Positions 39,601 to 55,430 of a stretch of DNA of 64,000 nt are shown here, one piece after another. The stretch is taken from positions 3,410,001 through 3,474,000 of the forward strand of contig NC_081332.1 of assembly GCF_022539665.2 (NCBI RefSeq), read 5' to 3'. Position 1 is the stretch's first letter. Each line of letters begins with the position of its first letter. The notes under the pieces were generated by a model. The model was not told where the DNA came from and searched no databases. It saw only the letters and a list, made by a program, of their open reading frames with translations. This stretch comes from Daphnia carinata. Taxonomy: Eukaryota. The position numbers and the translations under genes were made by a program.

Positions 39601-42600
39601 CCGCTGTACTTGCTGCCGCACATCTTTGCCGGCCCGCTGTACTTGCTGCCGCACATCTTTGCTGGCATGCTGTACTTGCTGTTGCATATCTTTGCCGACC
39701 AGCTGTACTTGCTGCTGCACATCTTTGCCGACCCGCTGTACTTGCTGCTGCACATCTTTGCCGACCCGCTGCACTTGATGCTGCACATCTTTGCCGGTCT
39801 GCTGTACTTGCTGCTGCACACCTTTGCCGACCTGCTGTACATCTTTGCCGGCCCGCTTGGAAAGCGTCGTCGCTTTGTTGAATCCATTTTTGACTAGGGT
39901 GCGCATTGTTTGCGACCATGATTGCTGACCACTTGCCTTTGGAATGGACAGTTTACGCCGGCTGGCTCGATGCCCTCGACGCACGCTGAAAAAACGGACA
40001 TTTAAAAAAAAAATTCCCATCGTTAAAAACAAAAAAAAATTGAGTTGTTGATTAACTCACAAAGAAGCGTTGGTCACTTCGTGCCTTTGTCGAATCCGCG
40101 TTACCGTCCAGGCCGGCTCTTCTGGATCGCTAATATCTATCCATTCGTCACTCGTTTCGCTACGCCTTTCCGTTCCCGTCCGTGTTGATGTCGATGTTCC
40201 GGCTAAACTAGGCGCCGGAGAATCTGGAACTGCACCGCTGCCCATCTGGGTCAATTTGTAGGAGCATACTTCGTGCACGCCCTCCACCGATGAGTCTGTT
40301 TAAAAACAGGAAATGCAAATCACGGCCATTCAAAATTATTCATAACGGAATCTTACCTGACAGTGTGTCGCTAGACTTGTCGTTTTGACCGACCAATGAG
40401 GAAGACATGGAAGAAGGTGAAGAATTTAATCCACCCATTTTACTGGTGGCTTCACCCAGGTGGGCATAAATGGGCTCGTAGGAATGATTGGAACCGCTAT
40501 AACATCCGCCATAGCCTCTGCTGTTCCTTCCCAAATCGACGGTGCGGATGTCGTCGTAAAGGTAGCTGATGCTATCCAGCTGATCTTCGCACACGATAGC
40601 GGGCATAGCTGTCACTGTGACGACGGATGAAGATGCCTGCCCAGAAGGGGATCCGCATTCTTCGTAACGCAACGTACTTCCGTCTTCGTCTTCCGTCTGT
40701 TCGGCTTCCGGTGGCAAGATTCTTTCGTATCCCAACGCGGAACTACTGCCCGGATCGATGTACCCGCCGGAAGAGGTGGTGGATAGAGGCGATCGCATCA
40801 GCTCGTCGTAGCCGTTGGATTGTCTCCGGCCCGTGAGGTAGGACAGCTCGTCGTAAGTTACGCAGTTGGGCGTCAGTTTCACGTCGTCGTACTTGACGGA
40901 TGTGGCCGCATCGGACGGATTCGACGTCAAACTGCAAGGCGATTGGATTTCGTCGTATCCACTGGATGAAGACGACGATGATTTGCTCTGATTTCGATGA
41001 TGAAGCGTGTCGTAAGCGTTCGATTGTCGGGAGCGCAGCGTGTCGTATTTGCTGCTGCCCATTTCGTAATAATCGCAAGGCTCGGCGTTCGTCCGCGTCG
41101 TTCCGCAAACGGCCGCCGTTGTCGCCACTCGTTCGTTGAAACTAGTCGCTTCGTAGATCAAACTCTGCATACTCTTCTGATCCCGCCACAGGAAGGAATT
41201 GTTTGGCTCGATTCCTTCCGGAATAACGGCCGTCGGTTCTTGATAGTGAACCGAACATGAAGAGGCAACCAACTGACCATCCACACCAGCCGCCGGAGCC
41301 GATGGATGGCCACTAGTTGGATGGCCACTAGTTGGATCGCAACCCACCACTTTGCCATCCTCGAATTTCTCAAACTTGCGAATGGCTTGTTTGACGATGC
41401 TCATCACCGTTCCGTAGACACTTGCACCGTTCTTCAACGAAGAAGATCCGGCCGGATCTGAAGGCAACGGCCTGGCTACCGAGTGAAACCTTCCACCATA
41501 AGGTTGAGAGAGATCGTGGCTCTTCCGCCGCGCTTTATCGACGCTGCTCGACTTGTTGTCCGACTCTTCTGGCGGCGGATCGAGGATTTCCGGAATCGTA
41601 TCGATCGGCCGGCTTCGTCCAACATTTGACGTCAAGTTATTTCGCTTGGGGCCTATGCTGACGGATTCGCAAGAGACGGTGGGTGCAACCAAACGCCAAG
41701 ACCACGTAGAGGAAATTGGGCGCTGATTGGGCGCCGGAATTCCCCCCGTATCGGCCGCAATCGGTTGACCGACGCTATCTGATGATTTATTATCCCGTCC
41801 ATCGCCTGTGACGTTCGTATTGTTATTGTTATGATTAGCGGTGATCGAAGCGGTGGCGCTAGTGTTGCCCTGCCGTCGACTTTCGTTGATGAGCGAGTTG
41901 AATTTCGAGGCCAAAATAGCTACTTTGCTGGGGGGTATGGCCATCGAGACGCTAAAGCCGGGAACTTTTTTATGGAACGATGATGACGAAGGTCGCCGCC
42001 GGACGCTGCGGGGCCGCTGAGCAATAAAACCCGCGCCGCCGCTGGACAAGTTGGTGGACAAAGACGGAGTCGATCCGGAAGAGGATGCCGACTTGGTGCT
42101 GGAAGCGATGCTCGTCGCATCTGCAACGTCGGCCTGTTTGCATCTGCGCTGAGATGAGCGTTTCGAGTTGCGATGCAGACGACTGTTGAAACTGTTCTTA
42201 CGTGACGTCATCACCGACGATGTGGCCGATGAGCAGCAAGAAGAACCGGAAGGAGGCGCCAAGGTCACACGGAGACTGGCCCTCGTCCCGTCCCGCCCGA
42301 TCAGCTCAATCAAACCGCCGTCCATCACTCCGTTGGCGTCCAGCAGCTGGACCAGCTCGGGTAGCAAATCCAACGCTACTGACGTTGATGAAGCTGGCGG
42401 TTCTGTTGCAAGAAGCGGAGGAGGAGGGGAAGGCTGTTCCGCTCGGCTAGATCGCGAGTCAAGGCCGACGGCCTCTTCGTCGTCTAGCAAACTATGCAGA
42501 AAATTATTTTTGGCCGACTCGAGCGCCCGAGTGTCGTGTCCGGCACTTTGTTCCACACCTTCGCGTTTCGTGAGTGCCCGGTTGACGACATTCTTGCGGA

Positions 42601-42970
42601 ATAAATTCTGGTTGGCGTTGCAATCGAGCGCAGGTGGAGATCGCCGAGACTGCTGGGCGCCACCGTAGACTGTGTGTAAGAAGGACTTCCTCTGTTGGAC
42701 GGGTTGTTTGGTTTCGGCCGCACTGTGCACCTTGTTGTTGCCGACTATGACGGCCGAGTATTCGACACTACTCGCCTTGTTCGCACTTATCGTTGCGTGA
42801 CTACTATCCGCTTCCAAACCGGCCAAGCTGCTCACGCTGTCCACGCCACTGTCCTCTGTGTCGTAATCCCACGGACGGGAATTTACCCGCAATTGCTGAT
42901 TATGTCTTTGGCCTTGGGCCATTTCGGGACTGGACGTTGGACCTGCCGACGTCTTTTCGATCAAATGCAT
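30635..42970 (-). CDS. Exn: Ephexin-family RhoGEF (DH-PH-SH3), long isoform about 2166 aa
   Basis: Exons 42970-40357, 40295-40061, 39985-39342, 35250-35066, 35000-34477, 34273-33595, 33528-33327, 33263-32897, 32837-32633, 32565-32306, 32235-32073, 32009-31893, 31815-31728, 30852-30635, all phase-consistent. Motifs: EPLYQFY autoinhibitory helix; DH (KLQEAKFELITSEASYLRSL, SFLMLPMQRITRLPLL); PH (SRWLVKKGEM, YVFLFTDLLVITK); IYEEWDCPQVQ; SH3 (YVATQPDELSL..GWYQGER..GWFPGNY). Joining the three most 5' exons to the GEF core is inferred from phase only. Confidence 0.85.
31379..31473 (-). CDS. Candidate alternative Ephexin exon encoding DEEDDGSAEMTAL* (coding part 31473-31433)
   Basis: Acceptor GTGTAG| matches the phase-1 donor at 31728. 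In-frame stop at 31435-31433, donor TTAG|GTATT at 31379/8, and two downstream UGCAUG (31356-31351, 31338-31333). Confidence 0.55.
35545..36031 (-). CDS. Candidate alternative first coding exon of Ephexin (short isoform)
   Basis: 487-nt ORF segment from the ATG at 36031 (MSPQQIMLLRR.., Pro-rich RPPPARPPLPAR) to a phase-1 donor GAAG|GTTTGT compatible with the acceptor at 35250. An in-frame TAG lies just upstream (36055-36053). Confidence 0.55.
39493..39858 (-). repeat. 33-bp coding tandem repeat, 10 full copies plus partial units (11-aa DV(Q/R)(Q/H)QVQRxGK)
   Basis: The plus-strand unit TTTGCCG(A/G)CCCGCTGTACTTG(A/C)TGCCGCACATC starts at 39493 and recurs every 33 nt to 39822. It is followed by a 21-nt unit and a partial unit, all inside Ephexin exon 39985-39342. 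Confidence 0.97.
41303..41337. repeat. 15-bp in-frame tandem duplication (PTSGH-PTSGH) in the large Ephexin exon
   Basis: TGGATGGCCACTAGT occurs twice, followed by TGGAT. Confidence 0.9.
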
Positions 42971-45900
42971 TTTTCTTCTCAATCAAATAGCGGCAATCAC
43001 CAAGAAGATTGTGGCCGTCTGACGCTTCAATGGCTGTGTACACGATGCTAGGCCATCCGGACTCGGTGAACGCGCCACCTGCCGCAAGCAATTAAAGAAG
43101 AAATAAAGAAAAATTCTGTCGTGAATTTCTCAACTTGTAAAGTAATAGTAAAGATGACGTGCCAGGAAAGGTATGGGAAACGAAGATAGCAGTACGACAG
43201 ATGATGAGTGCGTAATAATGGAAGTGATTATGAACGTCTCGGTTGTATACAGCGTTCGCTGCCAGGAATTTTTTTGTGGCGGCAATAAGGGACGGGGTAC
43301 GGTCGAGAGCAATCTACGTGAAAACAATGCCAAGAGCTCTCTGAAAAGGTCAGATCGTGAGTAACATTGGGGAAGAAGAAGGAATGACAAGAAGAAATTG
43401 AGGACGTAATAACATCCATCACGACGTTGGTACTTTGGTCGGTAGCTGGTGTTTTATTCGGACAATTGCCCGCAAGAAATGTGCGTACAAAGAGCCAAAA
43501 TAAAAACGAAAAGAGTCCCAGCCAACGTTTTTTACGGAATTAGAATGGAATATTCCACGAAAAGAACAAACAAGACACTATCGTAAAGACAGCGGTACAT
43601 TTAACAACTAAAAAAAACCATCAAGAAATCCGCTAAATGTTTTAAAAGGGAAGATTTCAAGTTGGGAGCTTTCCGCACAGTAAACCGATGTTATGAGATT
43701 CACGGCGCTACGTACAACTTATCAACAACACCTGTGCTCTGGACTGAGATTCTTCGGCGGGCCAAGAAAAGAGACTGGACCCGTTTGTCAGCTCGCCCGC
43801 TCGTTTTGAATTCCACGGCCGCCCCTTTTTTTTTTTTTTTTTCCACAGTGCTCTGTGAAGTTTTTCTTGTTCTAAATATTTTAAGAGCGACAATAGTTTT
43901 CGTACAAAGACGTTTTGTATGACCGGACAGAGAAAAGAGAGAGTTTATGTATTTAGCCGCCATGACTCCCCGGAAATCAAAGCGGCCAGTTACTAAGGGC
44001 ATGTTAACGTAACAAACAACAGATGCGAAAAGAAACAAAAAAAAAACAACATTTGTTTTCTGTTATCTCTCGTAGAAAAAAAAAACAGTTATTATATCGT
44101 GCTCATTTTTTTGTTGGGAGGGTTTCCCTGTAGGTCACCACCTTTTCACGAGGGGGGTACGTTAAGTGACCTCCATTGACCTCATGGGAACTAGAGGTCA
44201 TTTACCTGTTGTATGGGAATATACATTCCTGCGATTTCCATCTGAAACAACCGGTCAACCCAAATATTTTTTTTTCTTTTGGTCATCCCGTTGTTTTTCT
44301 GTATAATTATTTCTACAAGTCAAATGACTTAATTTTAATATAGCGGTTTTCTTCTTCCATCTAACTCGTTTTTTTTTCATTTTTTTTTTATCTCTAGAGA
44401 AGGATGACAATCGTACTGGTAAAACAACTGGAGCTCTCCGGAATTTGTATAGTTGAACCGATGTGGCGACCTTGGATTGGTGCGAAAAGATTTTTTCGAA
44501 GACGACAATGTACCGAAAAAGGAAACCAAGCCGTCACTAACGACGTCGTTGGAAACAATCAACAGGGAATGACTGCCTCGTTAAACCACAGATGCGTAAG
44601 AGCTACCGACAACAGGATAACTGGGTGGAGTGAAAACCGAAAATGCACCACAAGGAAGAAAAACGAGGACTGGATCACGCGCTAACGAGGAATGATACGG
44701 TCGGTAGGAGATGGAAAAAAAGAAGAAGATTTAGTTCCCACGATTGTGCCAACCAACTTTTTTTGTCGACGTGTGCGGCGCTTCAGTTTTTAGCTTTTTT
44801 GGAAATGGATGAAAAACGGGAACGCACAAGGTAAGGACACCCGATCTTTTATTTGCCGAACAATATTATATTATAAAGGTATTTTTTTTCACGCGTGAGA
44901 CAAGTTAGATTTCACATTCACGCCGCGGGTTATTTTGAAAACAATTTATATTTTTTTTTTTTTAGAAAATGAAATTGTACGTGAAAAGCTTCGTTTTCCG
45001 CTTTTCCATAGTAGCAACCTTTGACCCGCTCCGCATGTTTAGGTTGTTCATTTCCCAACATATCTGACACATAACAAATAGCAAAAGAGGATTCTATTAT
45101 ATAAAAAAAAAGGCCGTGATACCGTTGGCTTGTCATCCACGCCTACAATCCTTCCGATTTTCATTTTTTTTGTTTTCCCTAGCACAAAATGCGATCTTGA
45201 AGAAGAAGAGTTTTGGGATTTTTTCATTCTCTTCCTACACGAACCCACACTGTGAGAACAGGTGAACGTAATCTGATGCCAGACACATACTGGCTTTTTT
45301 TTTGTACGTCGACGGGTCATCATTCTTCGTTTACAATTCGAGTCAGACTTTTTGCATTTTTCTATGCTTAAAAAAAAAAAAAAAATTTTTTTAAATGGAC
45401 GTGCTTGGGCTGTATTTGCTGCATTCACAGAGGGGGGGAGTAGGAGGTTCGTTATGTTTCTCTTCTTGCTACTTTTATGTACATGAATATCCGCGTACAG
45501 CTCTCGGGAAGGTCATCTGACCAACAACAACAACAAAAATCTATAAATCCGCGGATTTGTCCGGTTCGCTTCTTGCAATTTATGAACGCAGGTGCTGCTG
45601 CCCTTGTCGGCCACACAAGCGCGTGTATCGCCGTGAATTTCGAATGAGTATCGTCGGCAACTCGCTCTTTTGCTGTTCGCTTCATTTTTCTTTTTCCCAA
45701 TTTTGGTTCCATTCGCCAAAATGGCACGTCTTTGACAAGACACGTAGTGGCAGAGAGACTACATCTCAATGGATGTGTAATAACAGCCCGTCCGGGAAAC
45801 CCAACCAGCTTTTAATCTATGCCGTTAAAAAAGGAATGGACGCGAACACTTTGGACTTTGTTCTCGAAATATACAAATGAAAAAAACGTGTTTCTTATCA

Positions 45901-48900
45901 CGAAAAGATGATGGACAAAAACGATGATAATCACGAAGGTCAAAACGATCTAGAAAGAAAAAAAAAAGAATTGATCGAAAAGACGCTGCCGTATGTGCTA
46001 CAACGTTTATGCACCACGGATTTCAAGAAGTAAACAGCCACCTGATCGCCCTCTGGCCGTATCTTGTTTTGCATATATTTTTTTTTTCTTACCCGTAGCT
46101 CATTCAACATTTATGACCGCAGCCAGTACTTACTAAAAGCGCAATAGTAGTATAGTGTGTGTGTGTGTGTACGCACTGCGCATAGCAAAAGAAAGGCCCG
46201 TCCCGCGTGAACAACTCTCACGCCGCAGGTCAATAAGACTCAACATTCTTGAGCGATGACGCCATCCGTCTATAGACAGACATCTTATTTGCCACAACGA
46301 TGACACAAAAGCTCCGTTCTTTCTTTTCTGCCAATGTCACTCGATTCCGATTTGTATTATCTGCTATCGTGTTGTAGCGCTCACGTTTGACCGTCTCTCG
46401 TTCTTCTTTTTTACTCCCGTTTTTCTAGTAGCTACAAGCTGCGCATATGCCTAAAAATGGATTGTTTCACGGCAGAGTGGTCCACAGCGATTTACAACGT
46501 CCCACGATCGAACATCAAACGAGAACTGGTTCGTTGTTTTCCATTCTCGTTCACGAAGAGGTGCAGCCGAATTGTTTTTAAACTGCATCCCGTTCAAAGG
46601 TCAACGGCCAGCATTCGAATGAGTTAGAAAGAGAACCAACAGCAAATCTTAGGCGGACCAAGGTAAAAGGCCATTGTTTATGTGTGTCGTGTTAACACCA
46701 GCGCTGCAGGACCAACATGCGTACGGTTGCGTGCGTTCATTTCTTTTAATTGTATCTTTTTTTTCTGGCCAGAATTTTATTTTTTTTTTTTTTGGGTAAA
46801 GTGTGGTTAGAGAAGAAAAATTGAGCTAATAAAACGAGGAAAGGATGTGTAATGGGAACCCGGACGTTCCTGATCGAGAAAAAGCAATCGACGTTGTTAT
46901 TACAAAAATTTCAAAAATTTTTCTCTTTTCTTTTCCCTGTAAAAATAGATGACGTCAGAGAGGCTATTCGGGGAAACAAAAACAAAAGGAATTGCTGAAA
47001 GAGGAAAAAAAAAAGCGACCACCCTCGTGTTATGCGGAACTACCGTACGCTGGAGAGAAAGAGAAATTGGCTAATCAGTATCAGCTGTATCGAATTCCAA
47101 ACAACAAGAGTGAGATGATGGCCTCCCCATTTTTTTTTATGTTGTTATCTATTCTATACTTTCAAGGTTCTTCTAATAATGCTATTATTTATTATTCCCC
47201 TGTTTATTCAAGAGCGTATCCGCCACACAAGGCGGAACAAGCGCTTACGAATGTTGGCCAGATTGTCATATCCAACGGCCGGCTATTGCTGCGAGCCAAA
47301 TTACATTTCCAGGAATTAGTGAAACATATTTGATCTCTTATCATTAAATTTTTCTTTTCTTTTTATTCATATGCAATCTTTTACACATGTCAACGTTTCC
47401 TAACGGATAGTGCGACCCAACTAAGCCACCACGAAAGTTGAGGAAAAGACAAGAAAACTCGGGAAACAGGAAGGTATATAGTTTTTAATCGGTTATTTTT
47501 CATCTATTATTCTCCTATTTTTCTGGTTTTTAGAAAAATGGTGGGATGGCGTGTTGAGCTTTAGAAGCGGAGAAAAAAAAAAACTGGTTGCTGGCCCTAT
47601 CTTCATGGATGACCTTCTTAGGGTTTGCCGCTGTTGCACTTGGCATCTTATATCTTTAGCATTTTTATTCAATGGGAAAAATGGAAAGAAAAAGGAAACA
47701 AACTTACCTTGCTGGTCGAATCACGTCAGCCAACACTCGATGGGAATGTTCAACTGGAAGAATGTTCATTTTTCACACACACACTAAAACACGGCGGTGC
47801 AGCAAAACGAGAAAGATCCAAGTGAGAAACCTTAATGTTTTTTTTTTTTAGGAAAATTGTTCCCTCTCAATATATTTGTGGTATATCGGATCGATAAGAA
47901 GCGCAACAGGATTTCGCACGGTGACACACACCTGTTCTTTTTTTCTATTTCGTTTTTCCTCTTTCTCTTAATTTCTTTTGGTTAAAAAAAAAAACTAATA
48001 AAAAAGGATCCCGCACTGGACGCTAATCAGCAGAATCTGATGATGACATTGAACTTGAATTCCGAAAAGAATTGGAAAATCGTCCTATTTCTTTTTCTTT
48101 CCGCTTTAGATATCTTCCAGGAGACGAACGTGAATGGCAGTCAGCTTCTTTTACACGAAAGGAGATGTATAAGCAGGTTGAACGCCAGCCACACACACAC
48201 GCGGTTATCGCTGTCAAGGTGAAGTCATTTCATTTGCAGTCCCAACTATAGAAACGGACCGGCTCTTCTGCCTCGGTGTGTCGTGTTTTTTTTATAACAC
48301 ATTCGAGCGACACACAACACTGTGAGATGGGTTCCGACTCAAGAAAGGGCATGAAACCATGTACGTATGCACGTCCCACTCCACCCACTACAAACAGCAC
48401 TTAAGATACAGCCTCTTATTTTTTACAGGGTCTTTGCTCCTGACGACCAGGCGTCTGACAAATCTTTCGGGCACAGTGTTTCTTGGGAGATCCCGTCAGC
48501 TGATGTGGGATGTTGTTGTCTATTGGAATGTCACAATTTGGAGCGCAGTCTCGTCGTGCTGGAACAGTTTTGCGAAGTAAATAATAATAGGTGAGTAACG
48601 AAAACGAGTCATTACTTGGTTTGTTATTTTTCTTTTTTAGTACCAACCAAAATTTCGGATAGAAGCGCTGCCCAACCAACCGCCCGCTTCACCTCCTCTT
48701 GGTCGACTGTTGATGGCCACAAGACGTGCGCTTAGTGTTGAGCTGGCCAACGGGTGAGGCTGCTATCCCCTTCTCTTCGAGGAAAAAGAAGGAAAAAAAA
48801 AGAGAGGTTTACTGAAAGACGGAAAGAAAATGCAAAGGGAATCGAATAAAACGTACACAAGGCGAAAGAAGGAGAAGCAAAAAGGAGGAACTTCGTCCCA

Positions 48901-50814
48901 AAGTCGAGGTAGACGCTCTTTGGCTGGCCAGCTCTTTTCCATCTTTCAAGGTAAAGCAGGAGATACGCCTGGAGGTTCTTTCCATTAAGCAAAAGCACAG
49001 ATATATATATATATATACGTATTTTTATTTTTCTCTTCTTCTCCTCATCTTCCTTCTTTTTTATTCTTCTTTTTCGCCTTGACACGATGCCATTTTTCTC
49101 TTTTGATTCAACTTGTCTGTTAAATCCCGTTTCGGGTTCTCGCATATATTGTTGTTGTTCGTGGCCGTTTCACAATATGTACTACCTATTGCCCCAGCAA
49201 TTGCCTGCCAGGTCACTTGTAACACCACTTTATTTGTAAACATTTTCTTTGTATTTTGCTTTCTTCACCTCTTTTTTAACCGCCGTTTCGTCATCGTTAG
49301 AAATCGATAGCACAGTTGCATTTCGCCTAATTATTACCAAGTCAAAAACGAAACTCACTTGCCCAATTTCCCCCCTTTTTTGTTTCTCGTTCGTTTATAG
49401 AAGCTGTGGGATACCAAAATGATGCATCCCGCTCGGCCAGGGTCAACTTGATTTTCCTTTTTTTTTAAATTATTATTTACATTTGTGGCTGCCTTTTTTT
49501 TTTCGGCTCGTGTGTAATCGCCCACACGTTCGGGCGACCAAGAATCCGATACGAAAAATTCGCGATATTGAATGGCGTGCCCTGATCATAACTTTGGCGG
49601 ACGCCTAGTCGGCCGGGCAAGAGGACGGAAGAGGTGATGGCGAGCGATACGGCAAGATGCTGGTTTACAATGGCAAAGGTCGCATCGCAATAGTGTTGTA
49701 TTATAAAATGCTCGATGGGGATATTTTTTTATGACTGGGGCCGTCGCTGTTGTTGAATTATTCATCTACTCTGCCCTCTATAAATGTACGAGGTGAAAAG
49801 TGGGCGATCATCAAAATATACCCAAAAATACTTAGGTTTATTTTTGTGTTTTTACGATGGGGACGTCGCTTAAGGTTGAGATGCTTTTGCACGATCTTGT
49901 AGATGGCCGACAAAGCTCGTGGAAACGCACTCACCTGGCTCCATTCAAATATTTTTCCATACGTGCGCTGTCATAATGGCATATCGACCGAATCTTAGCC
50001 TCCTGACAACAACAATAATTTTGAAACAATTCTCGCCAAAGTGATCGTTTCATAGGCGGGTAAAAAATAAGTAAACTAAGTCGATTCGGATGAGAAATTC
50101 TCCGAGAAAGTTAACGAATGTATTACAATGACAGTAGACACTGTATAAAATCACGCTTTTTCCTTTATTGCATAAGTTGGCCGAGGAAAATGGGAACGCA
50201 AATTTTTGGTTCAGATTTTTGTTTTTTATGTTATTTATTTTTTCACCATTTAGGTTTTAAATGGGACGAAAGTAGCTGAAAATACAGTTATTACGACAAA
50301 TTTACGACAACTGTTTTAGTTTACTTACCGGGTAGCTAGCATTTTTGCCAAGTCTTGAGAAGTATGGCTGTAGTTTCGAAGTGAAAGGTGAAATTAAGAA
50401 TAGTAATCAGTGTGCTCTCGAGAATTTAACAGCAGAAGTCAACCGTGAAAAAGAGAGCAAAAAACATTATATAAAATTTTTGTATTTAAAACTCTTAGAT
50501 GTATTGTTGGACCTGTTTGGTTTTCTTATCTAACCAGGAGTTTTTTTTCGCGTAGATAGAATGCACCAGTGAATTATTTATTATTTATTTAATCAGCAAA
50601 TGGTTTTGATGATTTTTAAGAAACAGGTTGTAATTGGAGATTTGGCAGCCTAGATAAATCTCTCGAAATTTCGAGGTCGTCTGCTAAAACTTTACCCAAC
50701 GACTCGACGAACGAGCATTGGGAGTGAAAGTTGCTCTGTCATGCTCGTTGCAACAAGTGAAAAAGTAACGCCTACGATTTCCAGAATGTGGTAGGAAAAA
50801 AAAAAGGTAGGGAA

Positions 50815-53920
<3,106 letters not shown>

Positions 53921-54059
53921 GTTCTGCTGTAGCGTTGTCAAAGCACATCTCTAACTGAGTATTCTCGTACGATGTAAAGAGAAGTCTAGACAATCCGCAG
54001 CAGCCGTTTTCATCGATTTGAATTGAATGTCTTGTAGAGGAAACAAAAAGCGTATGCGT

Positions 54060-54140
54060 CGAATCTTCTCATTATGATGGACTTGTTCCTTAAACCAATG
54101 TTTTTTGGCGGAACAGTTCTGATGTTGGCATTTCTAATCG
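54060..54140 (+). promoter_or_regulatory. Type II SECIS element in the TrxR 3' UTR
   Basis: ATGA (54074-54077) and TGAT (54120-54123) form the kink-turn core. Helix II is GGACTTGTTCC/GGAACAGTTC, with unpaired AAA (54092-54094) and an apical mini-stem CCAA-tgtttt-TTGG. It lies about 160 nt after the Sec UGA and before AATAAA (54190-54195). Confidence 0.88.
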
Positions 54141-54222
54141 AATCACTAATCTTAATTATTATAATATAATGTAGAATATGCTAGTAACAAATAAATATCG
54201 AAAATTCTATTTTATTGTATCG

Positions 54223-55430
54223 TTAATCTTTTGCATTGCCATTAGCACGTAATACAGCGCCGGGATTAGGATACGGTCTCATTTGGAATAAAGGACCACT
54301 TGCTGTAGCATCTACACCAGATTTTGCTTCATCGCCGGTGGCCAAGCCAGTGGACCAACTTCCCCTTTATAACAAGAATAAAGCTTATCGAAGACGACTC
54401 GTTTCTAAGCCAGTAAGTAAATTACCTTGGGATGTCTGAATAGGAGGCAGGGTCCATTGGGTCCAAATCATTGAATTTGACTCTGCCTTTGCCCTTGGTT
54501 TTGTTTCGGTCCTCCTGCTGTTTGTCACGTAAATCCTTTACAAAGTTTGGGGGTTTCCGTGAAGGTTCCATATCTCTCACCTCGTTGTCGCACCCCTAGG
54601 AAGAATATTATTGTAATTAAATTAAAGAAAAACAAACTTATCTGAAATCCCACCATTTCAACATCTGTGTCTTTTTCTTGGCTATTGTTCTGGTTACTTA
54701 TATTTTCTCTAACTTTGGCAGCTGCAACAACTGGGCATGATTTTGGGTGGCCTTGATTCATCAATTTATTATTGATAAATTAGATTTTAAATTTAACATG
54801 TAGACCCATAATATAATTACCAGGAGGGAACCAAGAGACTTTATCTGATTCTAAACACCAGTAATAGTGTCTTGCCCTAAAAATTATGTTAAGTTAGATT
54901 TTTTTTTTTTTTTTGTAAACAGAGAATAATCACTACTTACGTTCCTGCGTCATAAATATCTTGCCAGCCATCTGGTAAGGGATATATCATCAACATTTTC
55001 TGTCTTCGTCTTTCATATTCTGGATCTGGCACACTTTTACCCTCACCCCATTTTTCATTGCAGAAAGGTGTGCACGAATGATATGGATTCCACTTATTTG
55101 GGCAGCCGTCATAACCCTTCCAACACAATCAGAATGATTCATATGAAAATGTTATGTGAACTAGCATTTCTTACTTTCAATTTAATTTCTAATAATTTTT
55201 CTTCTTTCTCTTTTATTGCCGCTGTTTCCTCTGCCAATTTAGCTTCTGACTCTCGAGCTGCAACAAACAGTTGTTATGAAATGTGTAAGTCTAAGGCGCT
55301 AAGATTTAAATGAATGCATACTTTCGGCAGATTTCGTGGCTGTTTTCGCGGCCGTGCTTGCATTAGTGTCGGCCTGCTGTAAAATACCTCGTTTTGCTAA
55401 CTTGGCCGCAAGTGCTGGGGGAAGAGGCAT
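54223..55430 (-). CDS. PQBP1: Polyglutamine-binding protein 1 (WW domain + C-terminal U5-15kD-binding region), 277 aa
   Basis: Exons 55430-55322, 55257-55175, 55116-54941, 54876-54821, 54751-54654, 54595-54426, 54364-54223. N-terminus [19 protein letters not shown] domain [32 protein letters not shown]-terminal [45 protein letters not shown]. Confidence 0.94.

Noticed and set aside
39332..39919. Long ORFs in the other frames over the 33-bp array; superficial CRISPR-like look
   Set aside because: Units are contiguous with no unique spacers and there are no cas genes. A stop-free 33-nt repeat opens every frame. Only the QVQRVGKD frame fits the flanking splice phases.
40627..43091. Multiple overlapping ORFs on both strands in the large Ephexin exon
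   Set aside because: GC-rich coding shadow ORFs with no recognisable motifs or independent splice or promoter support.
43100..50400. Many 60-137 aa ORFs upstream of Ephexin
   Set aside because: They are K/F-rich products of A/T homopolymer runs. The region is probably Ephexin 5' introns and regulatory DNA; possible non-coding exon donors near 49934 and 50328 are not verifiable.
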